Shown here piece after piece: positions 35,938 through 47,001 of a stretch of 64,000 nt of DNA. Made by a program: the position numbers and the translations under genes. Numbering within the stretch: the first letter of the stretch is position 1; every line of letters begins with the position of its first letter. Source of the stretch: Bdellovibrionales bacterium (lineage in GTDB: Bacteria > Bdellovibrionota > Bdellovibrionia > Bdellovibrionales > UBA1609); NCBI GenBank assembly GCA_965203095.1, contig OZ241877.1:960001-1024000 (forward strand), read 5' to 3'. A model generated the notes under the pieces. It did no database searches. It was not told the DNA's origin and was given only the letters and a program-made list of their open reading frames with translations.

Positions 35938-36624
35938 ATGAAAATCAGAGAATTTTTAAAAAATCAAAAGCTGTTTTGTTTGTTTGTTTTCTTTTTGAGC
36001 TTTTTTCTCTTTCCTGCATGGCCCCTTCCCACCTCAGAGAAGACGAAAGCACCTTTAGCAGAAACAGAGGCCAGCCCCTCTAAACAAGCCCTGCTCAATT
36101 TAGAAAAAATGGCTCAAACCAGCTCCCCTTCAGAGCTTCACAATATAGCCTTAAAACTTTTAAAGGACCGAAAAAAAAATCAAGCCACTCTTTTATTAAA
36201 ACGGAACAGCTATAAAAATCTTTTCCCCCTCTCTGTTTTGGCCCTTTGGCAGTTAAATGTCCCTGTTTTTTTCCCTGTTTTTTTATGGCATTTTGGTTTT
36301 CTCCTTATTACTTGTTTTTGCTGTTTTTCGCTATTTCTATCTATTAAAAAACTATCAACTGCTCGCTTAAAAACCATGGCCTTCGGCTTAAGCCTTTTGG
36401 CTCTATCCCTTTTTATTCACTCTGTTTTTTTAAAAAAAAGAGCAGAATCACTTCAGTTAGAGGAATTAAAATCAGCCCCCTTTTTGTCTGCCCCTACCCG
36501 GAGCCAGATTCAACCGGGGGAAGTGCTTGTGATTTTAGGACAAAACAAGAATTGGCTTAGAGTAGAGGGGAGGAGCAAAACAAAAGGCTGGATTCAAAAA
36601 CAAAAGGTTTTTCAAATTTTTTAA
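35938..36624 (+). CDS. Membrane protein with C-terminal SH3-like domain
   Basis: Two TM helices, then PGE.L.IL....WLRV......GWI. Confidence 0.7.
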   Translation: MKIREFLKNQKLFCLFVFFLSFFLFPAWPLPTSEKTKAPLAETEASPSKQALLNLEKMAQTSSPSELHNIALKLLKDRKKNQATLLLKRNSYKNLFPLSVLALWQLNVPVFFPVFLWHFGFLLITCFCCFSLFLSIKKLSTARLKTMAFGLSLLALSLFIHSVFLKKRAESLQLEELKSAPFLSAPTRSQIQPGEVLVILGQNKNWLRVEGRSKTKGWIQKQKVFQIF

Positions 36625-36659
36625 ACTGTTTTATAGCTGAAATAAACAGGGCTTGAACA

Positions 36660-37163
36660 ATGCTGGAAATTTTTTTTGATAATTTTTTTAAAAAAGAAGA
36701 AGAGGGAGAACTTAAGCTCATTAAAAAGTGCCCTTTATTTTTTGATCTGAAAAAAAGAGAAATGGCTTTTTTAAGAGGGCTTTTGCACCAAAGGATTTAT
36801 GCTGATGGAGAAATTGTTTTTAAACCCTCTTCAGGAATGGGAATGTATATTATCCTTAAAGGCCGGGTTAATATTCTTCAAGGGAACCCCTCATCTCAAG
36901 AAGAGCCCTCATTAATATCCTCTTTAAAGGAAGGAGATTTTTTTGGAGAGCTGGCTTTAGTGAGCCAAGGGGCTTATCGCAACATGTTCGCTCAGTCAGC
37001 TTGCGATTCCAAGCTTTTAGGCTTTTTTCAGCCCGATCTTCAACTTGTTTTGGAGAATTATCCCTTAATGGGCATTAAAATTTTGAAAAAGATTTGTGAG
37101 ATTTTAAGTCAGAGGCTAAAAAAAGCGGAGCAAAAAATTTTACAAAACCACTCTTCTTCATGA
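36660..37163 (+). CDS. Cyclic nucleotide-binding domain protein
   Basis: GMYIILKG.V, GDFFGELAL...R. Confidence 0.88.
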   Translation: MLEIFFDNFFKKEEEGELKLIKKCPLFFDLKKREMAFLRGLLHQRIYADGEIVFKPSSGMGMYIILKGRVNILQGNPSSQEEPSLISSLKEGDFFGELALVSQGAYRNMFAQSACDSKLLGFFQPDLQLVLENYPLMGIKILKKICEILSQRLKKAEQKILQNHSSS

Positions 37164-38218
37164 TATCTTCTATAGAAAAAAGCAGACGGATCCGCCGGTT
37201 AAATTTTTTTCGACTGATTTTTTTTCTTTTAATTTTTTCCTCTTTAGTAGCAGGCTTATTTGTAATTAAAGGTCTTTTTATTACTTTATTACTGGCTTTT
37301 ATTATCAGTTTTATCTTGTTGCCATTGGTCAATTGGCTGTGCCGGATAGGGCTTTCTCGATCACTATCCGTCCCCTTGGTGTTTTTTAGTTTTTTTGGAG
37401 GTTTGAGCACGGCTCTTTTTTGGTCTTTGCCTTTTCTCTCTAAGCAGTTTCGAACTTTGCAAGAGGAATTTCCCGCTTATATTGAGCAAATATCTGATTT
37501 GACAAGCCATTGGCAGAATCAACTGAAAAGCCATTTTTTCTTTCTAAAAGATATGAATTTGTCTGACCGCTTTGCTCAGCTTTTATCCTCTTTTGGCGGG
37601 GCTTTTTTACAAGATTTGCCCTCCACTTTGGCACAGTCCTTTACTGTTTTGTTGTTGGCCCCATTTTTTGCTTTTTTTATGATGAAAAGCCGTTTGGGCC
37701 TAACCAGAAACCTTTATCCTCTTGTGCCCAACCATGTTTTTGAGATGGTTTTGAGCCTCCACTATAAAATCAATAAACAGATTGGAATTTTTATTCGAGG
37801 GCGAATATTAGAAGCGGCTATTGTGGGGTTGATTGTAGGAACGGGCCTTGTGATATTAGATTTTCCTTTTGCCATTCTCTTAGGGCTTTTTGCCAGCTTA
37901 ACCAACCTTGTCCCTTATATTGGCCCTGTAATAGGAAGCTTGCCTGTTTTATTAGTGGCTTTGGTGAATGACTATGAGACCAGCCAAATTCTGCTTGTCA
38001 TGGGGCTGTTCTTTTTTACACAAATCATTGATTCTATGGTTTTAGTGCCTATTTTTTTAGCTCGCATAGTAAATCTTCATCCCCTCACCGTGATTGTGAT
38101 TATTATTGCCGGTGCTCAATTTATGGGAATTATTGGCATGATTATCAGCATTCCTTTAGTCAATGCTCTTAAAGTGTCAGTGATGGCTGTTTATCAGCAC
38201 ATTACAGAAAATATTTAA
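37160..38218 (+). CDS. AI-2E family transporter
   Basis: NLVPYIGP, LHPL, G..GMIISIP. Confidence 0.9.
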   Translation: MISSIEKSRRIRRLNFFRLIFFLLIFSSLVAGLFVIKGLFITLLLAFIISFILLPLVNWLCRIGLSRSLSVPLVFFSFFGGLSTALFWSLPFLSKQFRTLQEEFPAYIEQISDLTSHWQNQLKSHFFFLKDMNLSDRFAQLLSSFGGAFLQDLPSTLAQSFTVLLLAPFFAFFMMKSRLGLTRNLYPLVPNHVFEMVLSLHYKINKQIGIFIRGRILEAAIVGLIVGTGLVILDFPFAILLGLFASLTNLVPYIGPVIGSLPVLLVALVNDYETSQILLVMGLFFFTQIIDSMVLVPIFLARIVNLHPLTVIVIIIAGAQFMGIIGMIISIPLVNALKVSVMAVYQHITENI

Positions 38219-38273
38219 TTATGATTTTGTGGCTTGCAAGCTGGCACAAAGAATCAAAAAGGCCAGCACGAGC

Positions 38274-39275
38274 CTAAAACCCAATAGTTTTTTTGATTTC
38301 TTTTAAAAAGGGCTGAGCAGAGTTTCTGGCTTTCTCTGCCCCATTTTTAAAAAACCTTTCCAACTCTAAAGGTTGCCGAATGTATTGATCATAAAGGAGC
38401 TTTTTTTCTTTAAAATAATCCCTCAACTGCTCAAACAATCGGTTTTTAGCCTCCCCCCAACCAATGCCTTTAGCGTAAAGAGCCTTTAAAGATTGAACTT
38501 CTCTATCATCGGCAAAGTGTTTGAAGATTTGAAAAATCAAACAAGTTTTTGTATCCTTAGGGGCGTCCATTGGAACAGAGTTGGTTTTTATTTTTTTAAT
38601 CAGCTTATAGAGCGAGTTTGATTCTAAAAATAAGGGAATTTCATTATTATAACTTTTACTCATTTTTCTCCCGTCCCGTCCCGGCAAAACTTTATTTTCC
38701 CTAAAAAGGGCTTGAGGAATAGTCATAAGGCTTGTTTTATAAGTCCGATTGAATTTTTGAGCCATATCTCTAATCATTTCTAAATGCTGAGCCTGATCAG
38801 GCCCTACCGGCACTTGATCTGGGGAGAAAAGCAAAATGTCTGCCCCCATTAAAATAGGATAATTGTAAAGCCCCATATTGACTTTATCATCCAGATCTTT
38901 TTTTTCTGCCTGCTGATTTTGATCTTTTTTGGCTTTGTAAGAGTGTGCCCGATTCATTAAACCCTTAGGGGTAATACAGGACAAAATCCAACTCAATTCA
39001 AAAAGCTCAGGAATGTCCGATTGACGATAAAACACCACATCCTCTGGATCCAAGCCACAAGCCAGCCAAACCGCCGCCACCTTATAAACGGAATCTTTTA
39101 ATGCTTGAGGAGGGGGGGGTGAAGTTAAAGCATGGCTATCAGCCACAAACAGATAGGATTTTGTGTTTTGTTGTTTTGCTAACTGGAGAGAGGGGAGTAT
39201 CGCCCCCACAAAATTTCCAAGATGAGGAGAGCCTGTGGGCTTAATTCCCGTAAGAATTTTTTTTTGATCGGGCAT
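38274..39275 (-). CDS. trpS: Tryptophan--tRNA ligase
   Basis: TGIKPTG.PHLGN, YPILMGADI, KMSKS. Confidence 0.96.
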   Translation of the reverse strand: MPDQKKILTGIKPTGSPHLGNFVGAILPSLQLAKQQNTKSYLFVADSHALTSPPPPQALKDSVYKVAAVWLACGLDPEDVVFYRQSDIPELFELSWILSCITPKGLMNRAHSYKAKKDQNQQAEKKDLDDKVNMGLYNYPILMGADILLFSPDQVPVGPDQAQHLEMIRDMAQKFNRTYKTSLMTIPQALFRENKVLPGRDGRKMSKSYNNEIPLFLESNSLYKLIKKIKTNSVPMDAPKDTKTCLIFQIFKHFADDREVQSLKALYAKGIGWGEAKNRLFEQLRDYFKEKKLLYDQYIRQPLELERFFKNGAEKARNSAQPFLKEIKKTIGF

Positions 39276-39354
39276 GCTTTTAAATCATGAACAAATTTTT
39301 AGAAAAGTCAAAAGCCTCTTTTATAAAGAATCTGATCAACAGCTCATTTACAGC

Positions 39355-40443
39355 TCAGTCAAAGAAGAGATCCTTAGGGTAAAGGGATTTTGAAATTTCA
39401 TTAAACAGCTCTTCTGTTAAGTTGGGAGAACAAATATTTAAGGGCTTGCTCCCTAAATGTTGGGACAGTTCTTTTAGCTTAGAGGAACGGTGAGACATAT
39501 TTTGAAACTTTAAACCGCAAAGAAGGGAGGAATTATCTTCAGCTGTCACAAGAATTAATTTGACTCTTTTTTCTGATCCAAAAAAAGACTTTAAATTTTG
39601 CTCTACATCCTTTGGTTTGATAGAATATTGCATATCACGGACAGTAAACAGAACATAAACAATTAAAGAATCCTCCCTAAAAAAAGCCTTACCTGGTTGA
39701 GAGCCCTCAGATTCTTTAGGAGGAGAATGCCCCCGGATCATAGAAAGGGCTACAGCCATAAAAGGATAAGAATCGAGAGCTTTTTGTTCTGGAGCATCAT
39801 AACTGCCAAAGTTTTTTAAGCGAAAAGTGTGATCAAAAACGGAATTGTAATTCTCAACGGCAGGTGACAACTCTGCAAAACCTCCTTGTTTTTTTATTTT
39901 TTTGCCTTTATATTCAAAAGGCAGAAAATCGCCATTGGCATAGCTCTTTTTTGATGACTCATCCCCTTCAAATAGGTTTATAACACAGTCACCCAAGCTA
40001 TCTAAGCCCCATCCCGCCATATTCACAGCCCCTGCCAGAATACCTAAAGGGAAAAGGATAATCCCACTTAACAGATTGCAACCTCCTTCCTCTTTGCCTC
40101 CCCCGCCTTCCACCTCTTGTTGGCCTATTTTTTTCATGTCAACAGACATGTCTGTCCAGCCCAACTTCCAATCATAAATATTGAGACGGTTTGGAAAATC
40201 AGGACCAAGGATGGGCTTTTGATAAAAAGCCTCCATACCGTGGCCGGTATCCATTATAAAAACCATATCTAATTTTTCACTTAAGAAAATATCTCTAAAT
40301 TCTTTTTGAAAAGATCGGGAGTTAAAAGATTCCGAATCTTCTAAGCCTGGCTCTGAGGACGAAAGCACAGCATACTGCAAGGGTTGGCAGGCCGGCAAAA
40401 ACAACAAAAGAAGATAAAAATGTTTAAGAAAAATGAACTGCAT
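39355..40443 (-). CDS. Lipoprotein, possibly vWA-like fold
   Basis: LPAC lipobox; KLDMVFIMD and FFRED.L...LF motifs. Confidence 0.6.
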   Translation of the reverse strand: MQFIFLKHFYLLLLFLPACQPLQYAVLSSSEPGLEDSESFNSRSFQKEFRDIFLSEKLDMVFIMDTGHGMEAFYQKPILGPDFPNRLNIYDWKLGWTDMSVDMKKIGQQEVEGGGGKEEGGCNLLSGIILFPLGILAGAVNMAGWGLDSLGDCVINLFEGDESSKKSYANGDFLPFEYKGKKIKKQGGFAELSPAVENYNSVFDHTFRLKNFGSYDAPEQKALDSYPFMAVALSMIRGHSPPKESEGSQPGKAFFREDSLIVYVLFTVRDMQYSIKPKDVEQNLKSFFGSEKRVKLILVTAEDNSSLLCGLKFQNMSHRSSKLKELSQHLGSKPLNICSPNLTEELFNEISKSLYPKDLFFD

Positions 40444-40632
40444 TACAAAATCTCCAGTCTCAAAGGCTAAATCGGCAAATCTGGTCTTTAATCTTAAAAA
40501 ATCTTAAAATACAAGCCTTTAGTCTTAAGACTTTGGACAAAAAACCAATAAGTGGCTTTTTAGTGAGTAATGAGGGCCCAAGGGAGTTGGATTCTCACTC
40601 AAAGAAGGCTGGGCTTTAAACAAGACTAAAGT

Positions 40633-41643
40633 TCAGATGGAATCAGATATTTCGACCTTAATCCTTTGTTTTTGAAAATTCAGCCAGGAATCTAAAAATC
40701 GGACAGACTTATCAAAAAATCTTTGGTTTAAAAGTTTTTCTATTTTTTGCTCTTGCGGAGACATATTTTCTTTTTTAAATGACAGGACTTGGATAATATA
40801 AATTTTGTTGTTTTGCCTCAACCACCGGGGAATAAGACCTTTTGAGGGCAGATGATGGATAAGGGCCTCCATAAGATTTTGATTTTGGACTATAGGATTT
40901 CTAAAGGCCGGAGCTATAGAAAAGGGAGCGGGCTCTTCCCACTGAATCTGTTTTTCTTTTAAAAACTCATTGATTTTTTTTAAATTTCCTTTTTGAACTA
41001 AAGGCTTTAAGCTCTCTTCCTCTGCTTTTTCCGTTGGAATCGGAGCATAACGGATACGGGTTTTGTAGCTCTGCCTCTCTTTTTGCTTTTTTTTCTCTAT
41101 TTTGTTGGAAAAGATCGCCTTTTCAGAGAGATCTATCCAGTTTTTAACTAACTTGTCTTTACGGATCAGATTCTCAAACCGTGAGACTTTTAGCCTTTGA
41201 CTTTTTAAAATGTTGAGGTATTTAGAATATAAAAACTGCCCATCTTTTTGAAAATCAGGGAAAGCTCGGATCTCTTCGATAAGTTCTTTTTTACCAATGA
41301 AAAAGCCGTTTTTTTGAGCCCCTTGGTCAATCAGGCTGGAGCTTATAAACTGTTGGATCGCTTGTTTTCGAATCTCTTTTTTTATCTGTGCATGTTTTTC
41401 ACCCTCTGCCTTTTCTAAAAAGTTTTGTCGCCGGTTCAAATGCTCTTCAATTCGCCGGATGTCCCCAGCTCGGATGGGCACCTTACCCACATAGCCCAAA
41501 ATACTTTCCCCCGCGAATCTTGAGCCTACAGGGGCTAAAAAAACAAATACCAAACAGATGGTTCCGAAGATGATATAAGAAAATAGTTTTTTTAAGGACC
41601 CCTCTTTTCGAGAGCGACCCGGCCTTCGCCATTTTTCAAACAT
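40633..41643 (-). CDS. SurA N-terminal domain / PpiD-like chaperone
   Basis: N-terminal TM, I...P.FQ.DGQF....Y. Confidence 0.8.
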   Translation of the reverse strand: MFEKWRRPGRSRKEGSLKKLFSYIIFGTICLVFVFLAPVGSRFAGESILGYVGKVPIRAGDIRRIEEHLNRRQNFLEKAEGEKHAQIKKEIRKQAIQQFISSSLIDQGAQKNGFFIGKKELIEEIRAFPDFQKDGQFLYSKYLNILKSQRLKVSRFENLIRKDKLVKNWIDLSEKAIFSNKIEKKKQKERQSYKTRIRYAPIPTEKAEEESLKPLVQKGNLKKINEFLKEKQIQWEEPAPFSIAPAFRNPIVQNQNLMEALIHHLPSKGLIPRWLRQNNKIYIIQVLSFKKENMSPQEQKIEKLLNQRFFDKSVRFLDSWLNFQKQRIKVEISDSI

Positions 41644-41701
41644 AAAAAATCCTTAAACGATTATTGGAATAAAAGCATTTCTCTGCTAACTTGTCAAGAG
41701 C

Positions 41702-42550
41702 GTGAGATCTGTTCACCTTAAAAAACATTTTTTTATCCTTTTAGCCCTTCTATTTTTAGGAATGGTTTGTTTTCAGTTTTTTCAAGAAAAAACAAAAACA
41801 GATCCTCTGTTTTGGCTTTCTGAAATTCAAACAGCTGGGGCCAATGCCCGAAATGGAGTTTTAAACCTATCAAAAAAATATCTTTTTCTTTTAAATCGTT
41901 ATGAGGAAAACAAAAAACTCAGTGAGGAAAACAAAAAACTTCACACCCGCCTTCAGCTTTTTGAAGAGATTTTAACAGAAAACGAAAGGCTTAAAAAGCT
42001 TTTTCAGTTTTCTTCTGACAAAGCTTTCCGCCTTCTTCCTGCACAGATCACAGGGACAGACTTTTTCTCTAAAAATGAGTTGTTATTCATCAACAAAGGG
42101 CAGGCCCAAGGGCTTCAAAAATTTATGGGTGTTTTACATCCCACCGGTGTTGTGGGTCATATTTTCCGGGTCAGCAGGAACTCTGCTCAAGTCATTACTT
42201 TGAGAAACCCTTTATCTTCCCTTCCGGCTCGAAATAGAAACTATCGAGGCAAGGGCTTGGTATCCGCTGGGAGAAGCCCTTTGTTGGTTTTAAGCTCAAT
42301 CGATGGGCCCTACTTTCAAAAAGGGGACGCTATTGTGACAATAAAATCAGACGAGTTTCCCGGCGGTTTCTTGGTGGGGACTGTTTTGTCTTTAGAATCC
42401 TCTCCACACAACCTAAACCCTAAAGCCTATATTCAACCTGCCGTTCATTTTGACTCCTTGGAGGAGGTTTTAGTTGTTTTGCCCTCTCTTCCTCCTTCTG
42501 AAAAATCAGAAACAAAAGCAACTGTAAAGCAGGAAAAAGAGGAATTATGA
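41702..42550 (+). CDS. mreC: Rod shape-determining protein MreC
   Basis: TM plus coiled coil (ENERLK.L), INKG...G, FP.G..VG.V. Confidence 0.9.
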   Translation: MRSVHLKKHFFILLALLFLGMVCFQFFQEKTKTDPLFWLSEIQTAGANARNGVLNLSKKYLFLLNRYEENKKLSEENKKLHTRLQLFEEILTENERLKKLFQFSSDKAFRLLPAQITGTDFFSKNELLFINKGQAQGLQKFMGVLHPTGVVGHIFRVSRNSAQVITLRNPLSSLPARNRNYRGKGLVSAGRSPLLVLSSIDGPYFQKGDAIVTIKSDEFPGGFLVGTVLSLESSPHNLNPKAYIQPAVHFDSLEEVLVVLPSLPPSEKSETKATVKQEKEEL

Positions 42551-43050
42551 AAGCAAACAATGAAAAACCAGTTGTTTTTTGGCTGATTTTTTTAAGCCTT
42601 TTGACTATTGCTTTTATGTTTCAAAGTGCTGTTTTTTTAGGCAAATATAATGGATGGCCTTACTTAGTTTGGCCTCCAGTCTTGTATTTTTTCCTCCATT
42701 ACAAGGGTTTGTCTTCTTTGTTTTTTTTGTTGTTTGTAAGCCTTTTGTCCAGCCTTTTTCTTTCTCTATCACTCATCAAAATTTTTTGTCTGTATCTTTT
42801 TTGCTTGTGGATGATTTCTTTTGTTAAAATACTGTTTTTTTCTAAATCTTCTGCTTTGTTTTTTGTTTTTGTTTTTGCATTCAGTTTTTGTTTCCCTTTT
42901 CTTACTGCTCTGGCTTATGATTTTTCAATGGATAGCTTTTTTTTAAATTCTGTTCCATTTTATTTTTTAAAAGCTTTTTCCACTTTGATTTTAGCTTTTC
43001 TTATGTTTCCTTTTTTAAAAAAATGGCTTTCACCCCCAGCAAGTTTTTGA
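42547..43050 (+). CDS. mreD: MreD-like membrane protein
   Basis: Highly hydrophobic, located between mreC and mrdA. Confidence 0.65.
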   Translation: MKANNEKPVVFWLIFLSLLTIAFMFQSAVFLGKYNGWPYLVWPPVLYFFLHYKGLSSLFFLLFVSLLSSLFLSLSLIKIFCLYLFCLWMISFVKILFFSKSSALFFVFVFAFSFCFPFLTALAYDFSMDSFFLNSVPFYFLKAFSTLILAFLMFPFLKKWLSPPASF

Positions 43051-43054
43051 AAAT

Positions 43055-44920
43055 ATGAGTCAGAAACAAGAAATAGAAGTCAAATCACAAGCCCTTAAAA
43101 TTCAGTTCCTTATTGTTTGGATAGGAGCTTTATTTCTTATACTATGGCTAAGGCTGGCCTTCCTTCAAATACGACAAGGAGAGGCTTTAAAAAATTTTTC
43201 TGACAGCAACCGGTTTAGAAAACAACTTATTGTTGCCCCCAGAGGTTTAATTTTGGATCGCTATGGTGAAATTTTAGCTGGAAATAAAAAAATCACTCAG
43301 GCAGTTATGTTGGCTGGTTCTTTTCAAAATTTAGATGACAGTTTACAGCAGATAGCAGATATTTTTCAAGTTCCCTTAGATCATTTAAAAAGAGAAATTA
43401 AAAAAAGTGAAAAAAAACAAGGCCCTTTTCATCCTTTGGTTTTAAAGGAAAACCTATCTTTAATGGAAATTCACAAGCTAAAGCAGATTCAGTGGGATCA
43501 TGCGGAAATTCAAGTTCGGGAAGCAGATAAAAGAATTTATCCTTTAAAGGAAAACGGGGCCCATTGGATAGGTTATATTGGTCCTATTTCTAAAAAAGAC
43601 ATTCAAAATCTCAAAAAGCAAAAAAAAATTTTTTATCTTTTGGATGTTGTAGGGAAAAGTGGGTTGGAAAAACTTTATGATGAAAAACTTAAAGGGAAAA
43701 ATGGCTTTTCTATAGTTGAGGTGGACGCTAAAAACCGTCTTTCTGGGAAAAGGCTTTCTCATCCTTTTGATTTTTTAAAAATCGATCCTATAAAGGGAAA
43801 AGATCTGGTTTTGACTATAGATAAAAAATTGCAGGACTTTGCCTTAAAAGCTTTTCAGAGAAAAGACTCTGTTGGCCCTCGATCCGGTGCCCTCATAGTG
43901 ATGAAAACCAATGGCGAAATTCTGGCTCTGCTCAGCCAGCCCAGCTTTGATCCCAACAAGCTCAGCTCAAACATAGATCAGTCTTTGTGGGAGAAATGGG
44001 CAGGAAGAGATTCAAAAGTGTTTATTCACAAAGGCTTTCAAGAGCATTACTCTCCTGGTTCTGTTTTTAAACCTTTTGTTGCTTTAGCGGCGTTAGAGGA
44101 GAGGCTTATAGACAAAGACACTTTATTAAACTCTCCGGGAACTTTTAAGCTGGGCCGGAGGACTTATCATGATCATAATCCTAAAGGCCATGGAGAGATC
44201 AATGTGATTACAGCTATTGAAAAATCGGCTAATACTTTTTTTTATCAAATTGCCGATCAAATGGGGATAGAAGCCATATACAAATATGCCCGTTTGTTTG
44301 GTTTTGGGCAAAAAACAGAGTTTTTAATTCCAGGGGAAAGCCACGGAGATCTCCCTCATCCTTCAAAAAAAGATCTTCGTTTGAAATGGCAAAGGGGAGA
44401 CACGGTCAACTTGTCCATCGGGCAGGGTCGCCTGCTGGCCACACTTTTACAGCTCACCCTGGCCTATAATGCTATAGCTACTCAAGGGCTTATGGTTCAT
44501 CCTTTTATTGTTAAAAAAGAGCCTGGGGGGGAAATCAATGAGCCGGTGGTTTTAAATAGTTTGACTGATCAGATCAGCAGAGATCACTTTGCCACAGTTA
44601 AAGAGGGTTTAAGGCGGGTGATTGAAGGGGCACAAGGGACAGCTCGAAGGCACCGGTTAGCTCAATGGTCTTTTTCCGGGAAAACAGGAACAGCCCAACT
44701 TATCTCTTTAGGACGAAACAAGCTTTACAAAGATTGCCGAACACTACCTAAAAAACTGAGGCACCATGGCTGGTTTTTGAGTTTTGCCCCCAGTAGCTCG
44801 CCGGAAATTGTGGTGGCTGTATTTACGGAAAACTCTTGTTCTGGCACAAGGGGATCAGCTCCTGTGGCCAGGGACATTATTCAGTATTATTTTAAAACTA
44901 AAGAATCTGAGGAAAAATGA
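43055..44920 (+). CDS. mrdA: Penicillin-binding protein 2
   Basis: APRG.ILDR, PGSVFK (SxxK), SAN (SxN), GKTGTAQ. Confidence 0.95.
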   Translation: MSQKQEIEVKSQALKIQFLIVWIGALFLILWLRLAFLQIRQGEALKNFSDSNRFRKQLIVAPRGLILDRYGEILAGNKKITQAVMLAGSFQNLDDSLQQIADIFQVPLDHLKREIKKSEKKQGPFHPLVLKENLSLMEIHKLKQIQWDHAEIQVREADKRIYPLKENGAHWIGYIGPISKKDIQNLKKQKKIFYLLDVVGKSGLEKLYDEKLKGKNGFSIVEVDAKNRLSGKRLSHPFDFLKIDPIKGKDLVLTIDKKLQDFALKAFQRKDSVGPRSGALIVMKTNGEILALLSQPSFDPNKLSSNIDQSLWEKWAGRDSKVFIHKGFQEHYSPGSVFKPFVALAALEERLIDKDTLLNSPGTFKLGRRTYHDHNPKGHGEINVITAIEKSANTFFYQIADQMGIEAIYKYARLFGFGQKTEFLIPGESHGDLPHPSKKDLRLKWQRGDTVNLSIGQGRLLATLLQLTLAYNAIATQGLMVHPFIVKKEPGGEINEPVVLNSLTDQISRDHFATVKEGLRRVIEGAQGTARRHRLAQWSFSGKTGTAQLISLGRNKLYKDCRTLPKKLRHHGWFLSFAPSSSPEIVVAVFTENSCSGTRGSAPVARDIIQYYFKTKESEEK

Positions 44921-46026
44921 ATTTTTTGTTTTTTTTAAAGACAATTAAAAAAAATAACCTCTTTTTTTTATCCTGTATTTTGGCTTTACAGGTTTTAGGT
45001 TTGCTCTCTCTTTACAGTGCCGCTTATGGGGCGGATGGTTCTCACTTGTTTCTTTTTAAAAAACAGCTCCTTTGGTTTTTTCTTTCCTGGGTTCTGTTTT
45101 TTATTATAAGCTATAGTCAGATTCATTTTATTGCTAAAATTTTATGGCCTTTGTTTTTTCTCAACATGCTGGCTCTTGTTTTGGCTCTTTTTGTAGGAGA
45201 GGAGCTTTATGGAGCTAAGCGATGGCTGGATTTGGGCTGGTTTCATTATCAGCCTTCTGAAACTTTAAAATGGGTCTTAATTCTTTTACTGGCTAAAAAA
45301 TTGGCACAAAAACCAGTGGGGCAAGTCCTGTCTTTTAAAGATATTCTGCCACTGTGCTTTTTAATTCTCCCTCCTGTTTTTTTGATTTTTTCTCAACCAG
45401 ACTTGGGCACAGCGGGAATAATTCTGTTGATGACAGGTTTTTTGATTTTATTTAACGGTATTGAAAAAAAGGTCCTGTTCAGTTTAAGCCTAACTTTTTT
45501 TATTAGCACGCCCTTAGTCTGGCAATTTCTTTTAAAACCCTATCAAAAAGCAAGAGTCATTAGTTTTGTCAAGCCCACAGCAGATCCTCAAGGAAGTGGT
45601 TATAATGTGATCCAGTCTAAAATTGCCATTGGAAGTGGCCAATTTTTTGGCAAAGGGTTTAGAAAAGGGACTCAAAACAAGCTGGAGTTTTTGCCAGAGC
45701 GACACACGGATTTTATTTTTAGTGTTCTTAGCGAAGAGTATGGTTTTGTGGGAAGTTCCATCACTCTGATATTGTTTTTTTTAATGATTGCTTTTATTTT
45801 TAAATTGGCAGGGCAATCAAGAGATCGTTTAAACTGTTATTTTTGCCTGGGAACAGGAGCTTTCTTTCTCTGGCACACAGTTTTAAACTTGGCAATGACT
45901 GTGGGGTTTTTTCCTGTAGTGGGCATTCCCCTCCCTTTGTTTTCTTATGGAGGTTCTCACACGCTGACAGCTATGGCTTTTTTAGGTTTGATAGCTTCTG
46001 TCTATAAAAACAAAGACTTATTTTAA
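44917..46026 (+). CDS. rodA: Rod shape-determining SEDS protein
   Basis: GAKRW, QPSE, QPDLGT, LPERHTDFIF, SYGGS. Confidence 0.95.
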   Translation: MNFLFFLKTIKKNNLFFLSCILALQVLGLLSLYSAAYGADGSHLFLFKKQLLWFFLSWVLFFIISYSQIHFIAKILWPLFFLNMLALVLALFVGEELYGAKRWLDLGWFHYQPSETLKWVLILLLAKKLAQKPVGQVLSFKDILPLCFLILPPVFLIFSQPDLGTAGIILLMTGFLILFNGIEKKVLFSLSLTFFISTPLVWQFLLKPYQKARVISFVKPTADPQGSGYNVIQSKIAIGSGQFFGKGFRKGTQNKLEFLPERHTDFIFSVLSEEYGFVGSSITLILFFLMIAFIFKLAGQSRDRLNCYFCLGTGAFFLWHTVLNLAMTVGFFPVVGIPLPLFSYGGSHTLTAMAFLGLIASVYKNKDLF

Positions 46027-46070
46027 GTTCACTCTATAAAGAGAGAATTTTTAATAAAAAGAGGATTATA

Positions 46071-46979
46071 ATGATGACTTTTTTTCTTCAACAAACAAAA
46101 CAAAACCCTGTAACAAAGGCCAGACTTAAGCTGGGGTGGCTTTTTTTGGCTTTTCTAATATTGGCCGGGGTGGGCTGTCAAGCGGGCAATTATAGTTATA
46201 GAGAAGGAACTTTGCAACAGCTGGTCTCACAACCGTTGAGCTTTAATATTTTAGGTTTAAATACCTGTGTTTTTGACCCTCAATATTTTATTCTTCATTT
46301 CCCCATGCATCACTTTCCCACTTATGGTCATTATACAAGGGAGACTTATGAAAAAGTGGCAAAATCTCAATTTCAACTTTTGCACACAGTGATAGACTAT
46401 AATCGGTCAAAAAGACTTCTTGCACTTTTTGATGAGCAAGTGAATGACGACTTCTATAATAAAACTTTTTTTCAAAATCTAACTACTGGTCGAGCTGGTG
46501 ACAGCACTTATGAACGAATCGATGGTCAGGTCTTTTTTGTGTCACAATTATTTCAACAAGCACAAAGGCTATTTTCTTCAGGATTTCCCAGGTATTATGA
46601 GCAGTTATCTTTGCCCCAAAAGGGTTTTCTTTTTAATTTTGGAGCGAGTCTTTTGCTTTATTTTACAGGAGAAATCTCAAAAATCCATAAGGTGATATCT
46701 GAAGAAAAGTTTGAGATAGTTAAAGCCAATCTACGGGACGCCAGCGGGGCCATTCAGTTGAAAAATAATGACTATTGGCTTTTTGATGTGCGAGAAGAGG
46801 AATTAAAAAAAGAAGTTTTATCCTTTTATCAAACAAACTTTCAAGCCAATAAGCTGATTTTGATAGCTTATGGTGCGGATCACGACTTTTCTAATGAGTT
46901 TGCTGGCTGGCCTTTTCAATCCGGCCATAAATTTTGCCTCAACTGGATAGATCCAGTAAGCCCAGCACTTATCCCTTAA
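46071..46979 (+). CDS. Hypothetical exported or lipoprotein
   Basis: Hydrophobic N-terminus ending GVGC, 302 aa. Confidence 0.65.
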   Translation: MMTFFLQQTKQNPVTKARLKLGWLFLAFLILAGVGCQAGNYSYREGTLQQLVSQPLSFNILGLNTCVFDPQYFILHFPMHHFPTYGHYTRETYEKVAKSQFQLLHTVIDYNRSKRLLALFDEQVNDDFYNKTFFQNLTTGRAGDSTYERIDGQVFFVSQLFQQAQRLFSSGFPRYYEQLSLPQKGFLFNFGASLLLYFTGEISKIHKVISEEKFEIVKANLRDASGAIQLKNNDYWLFDVREEELKKEVLSFYQTNFQANKLILIAYGADHDFSNEFAGWPFQSGHKFCLNWIDPVSPALIP

Positions 46980-47001
46980 AAAACTTAATTTTGGTTCAGA
47001 T

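Noticed and set aside
39112..39119. G8 tract in trpS as phase variation
   Set aside because: Short, in frame and in an essential gene.
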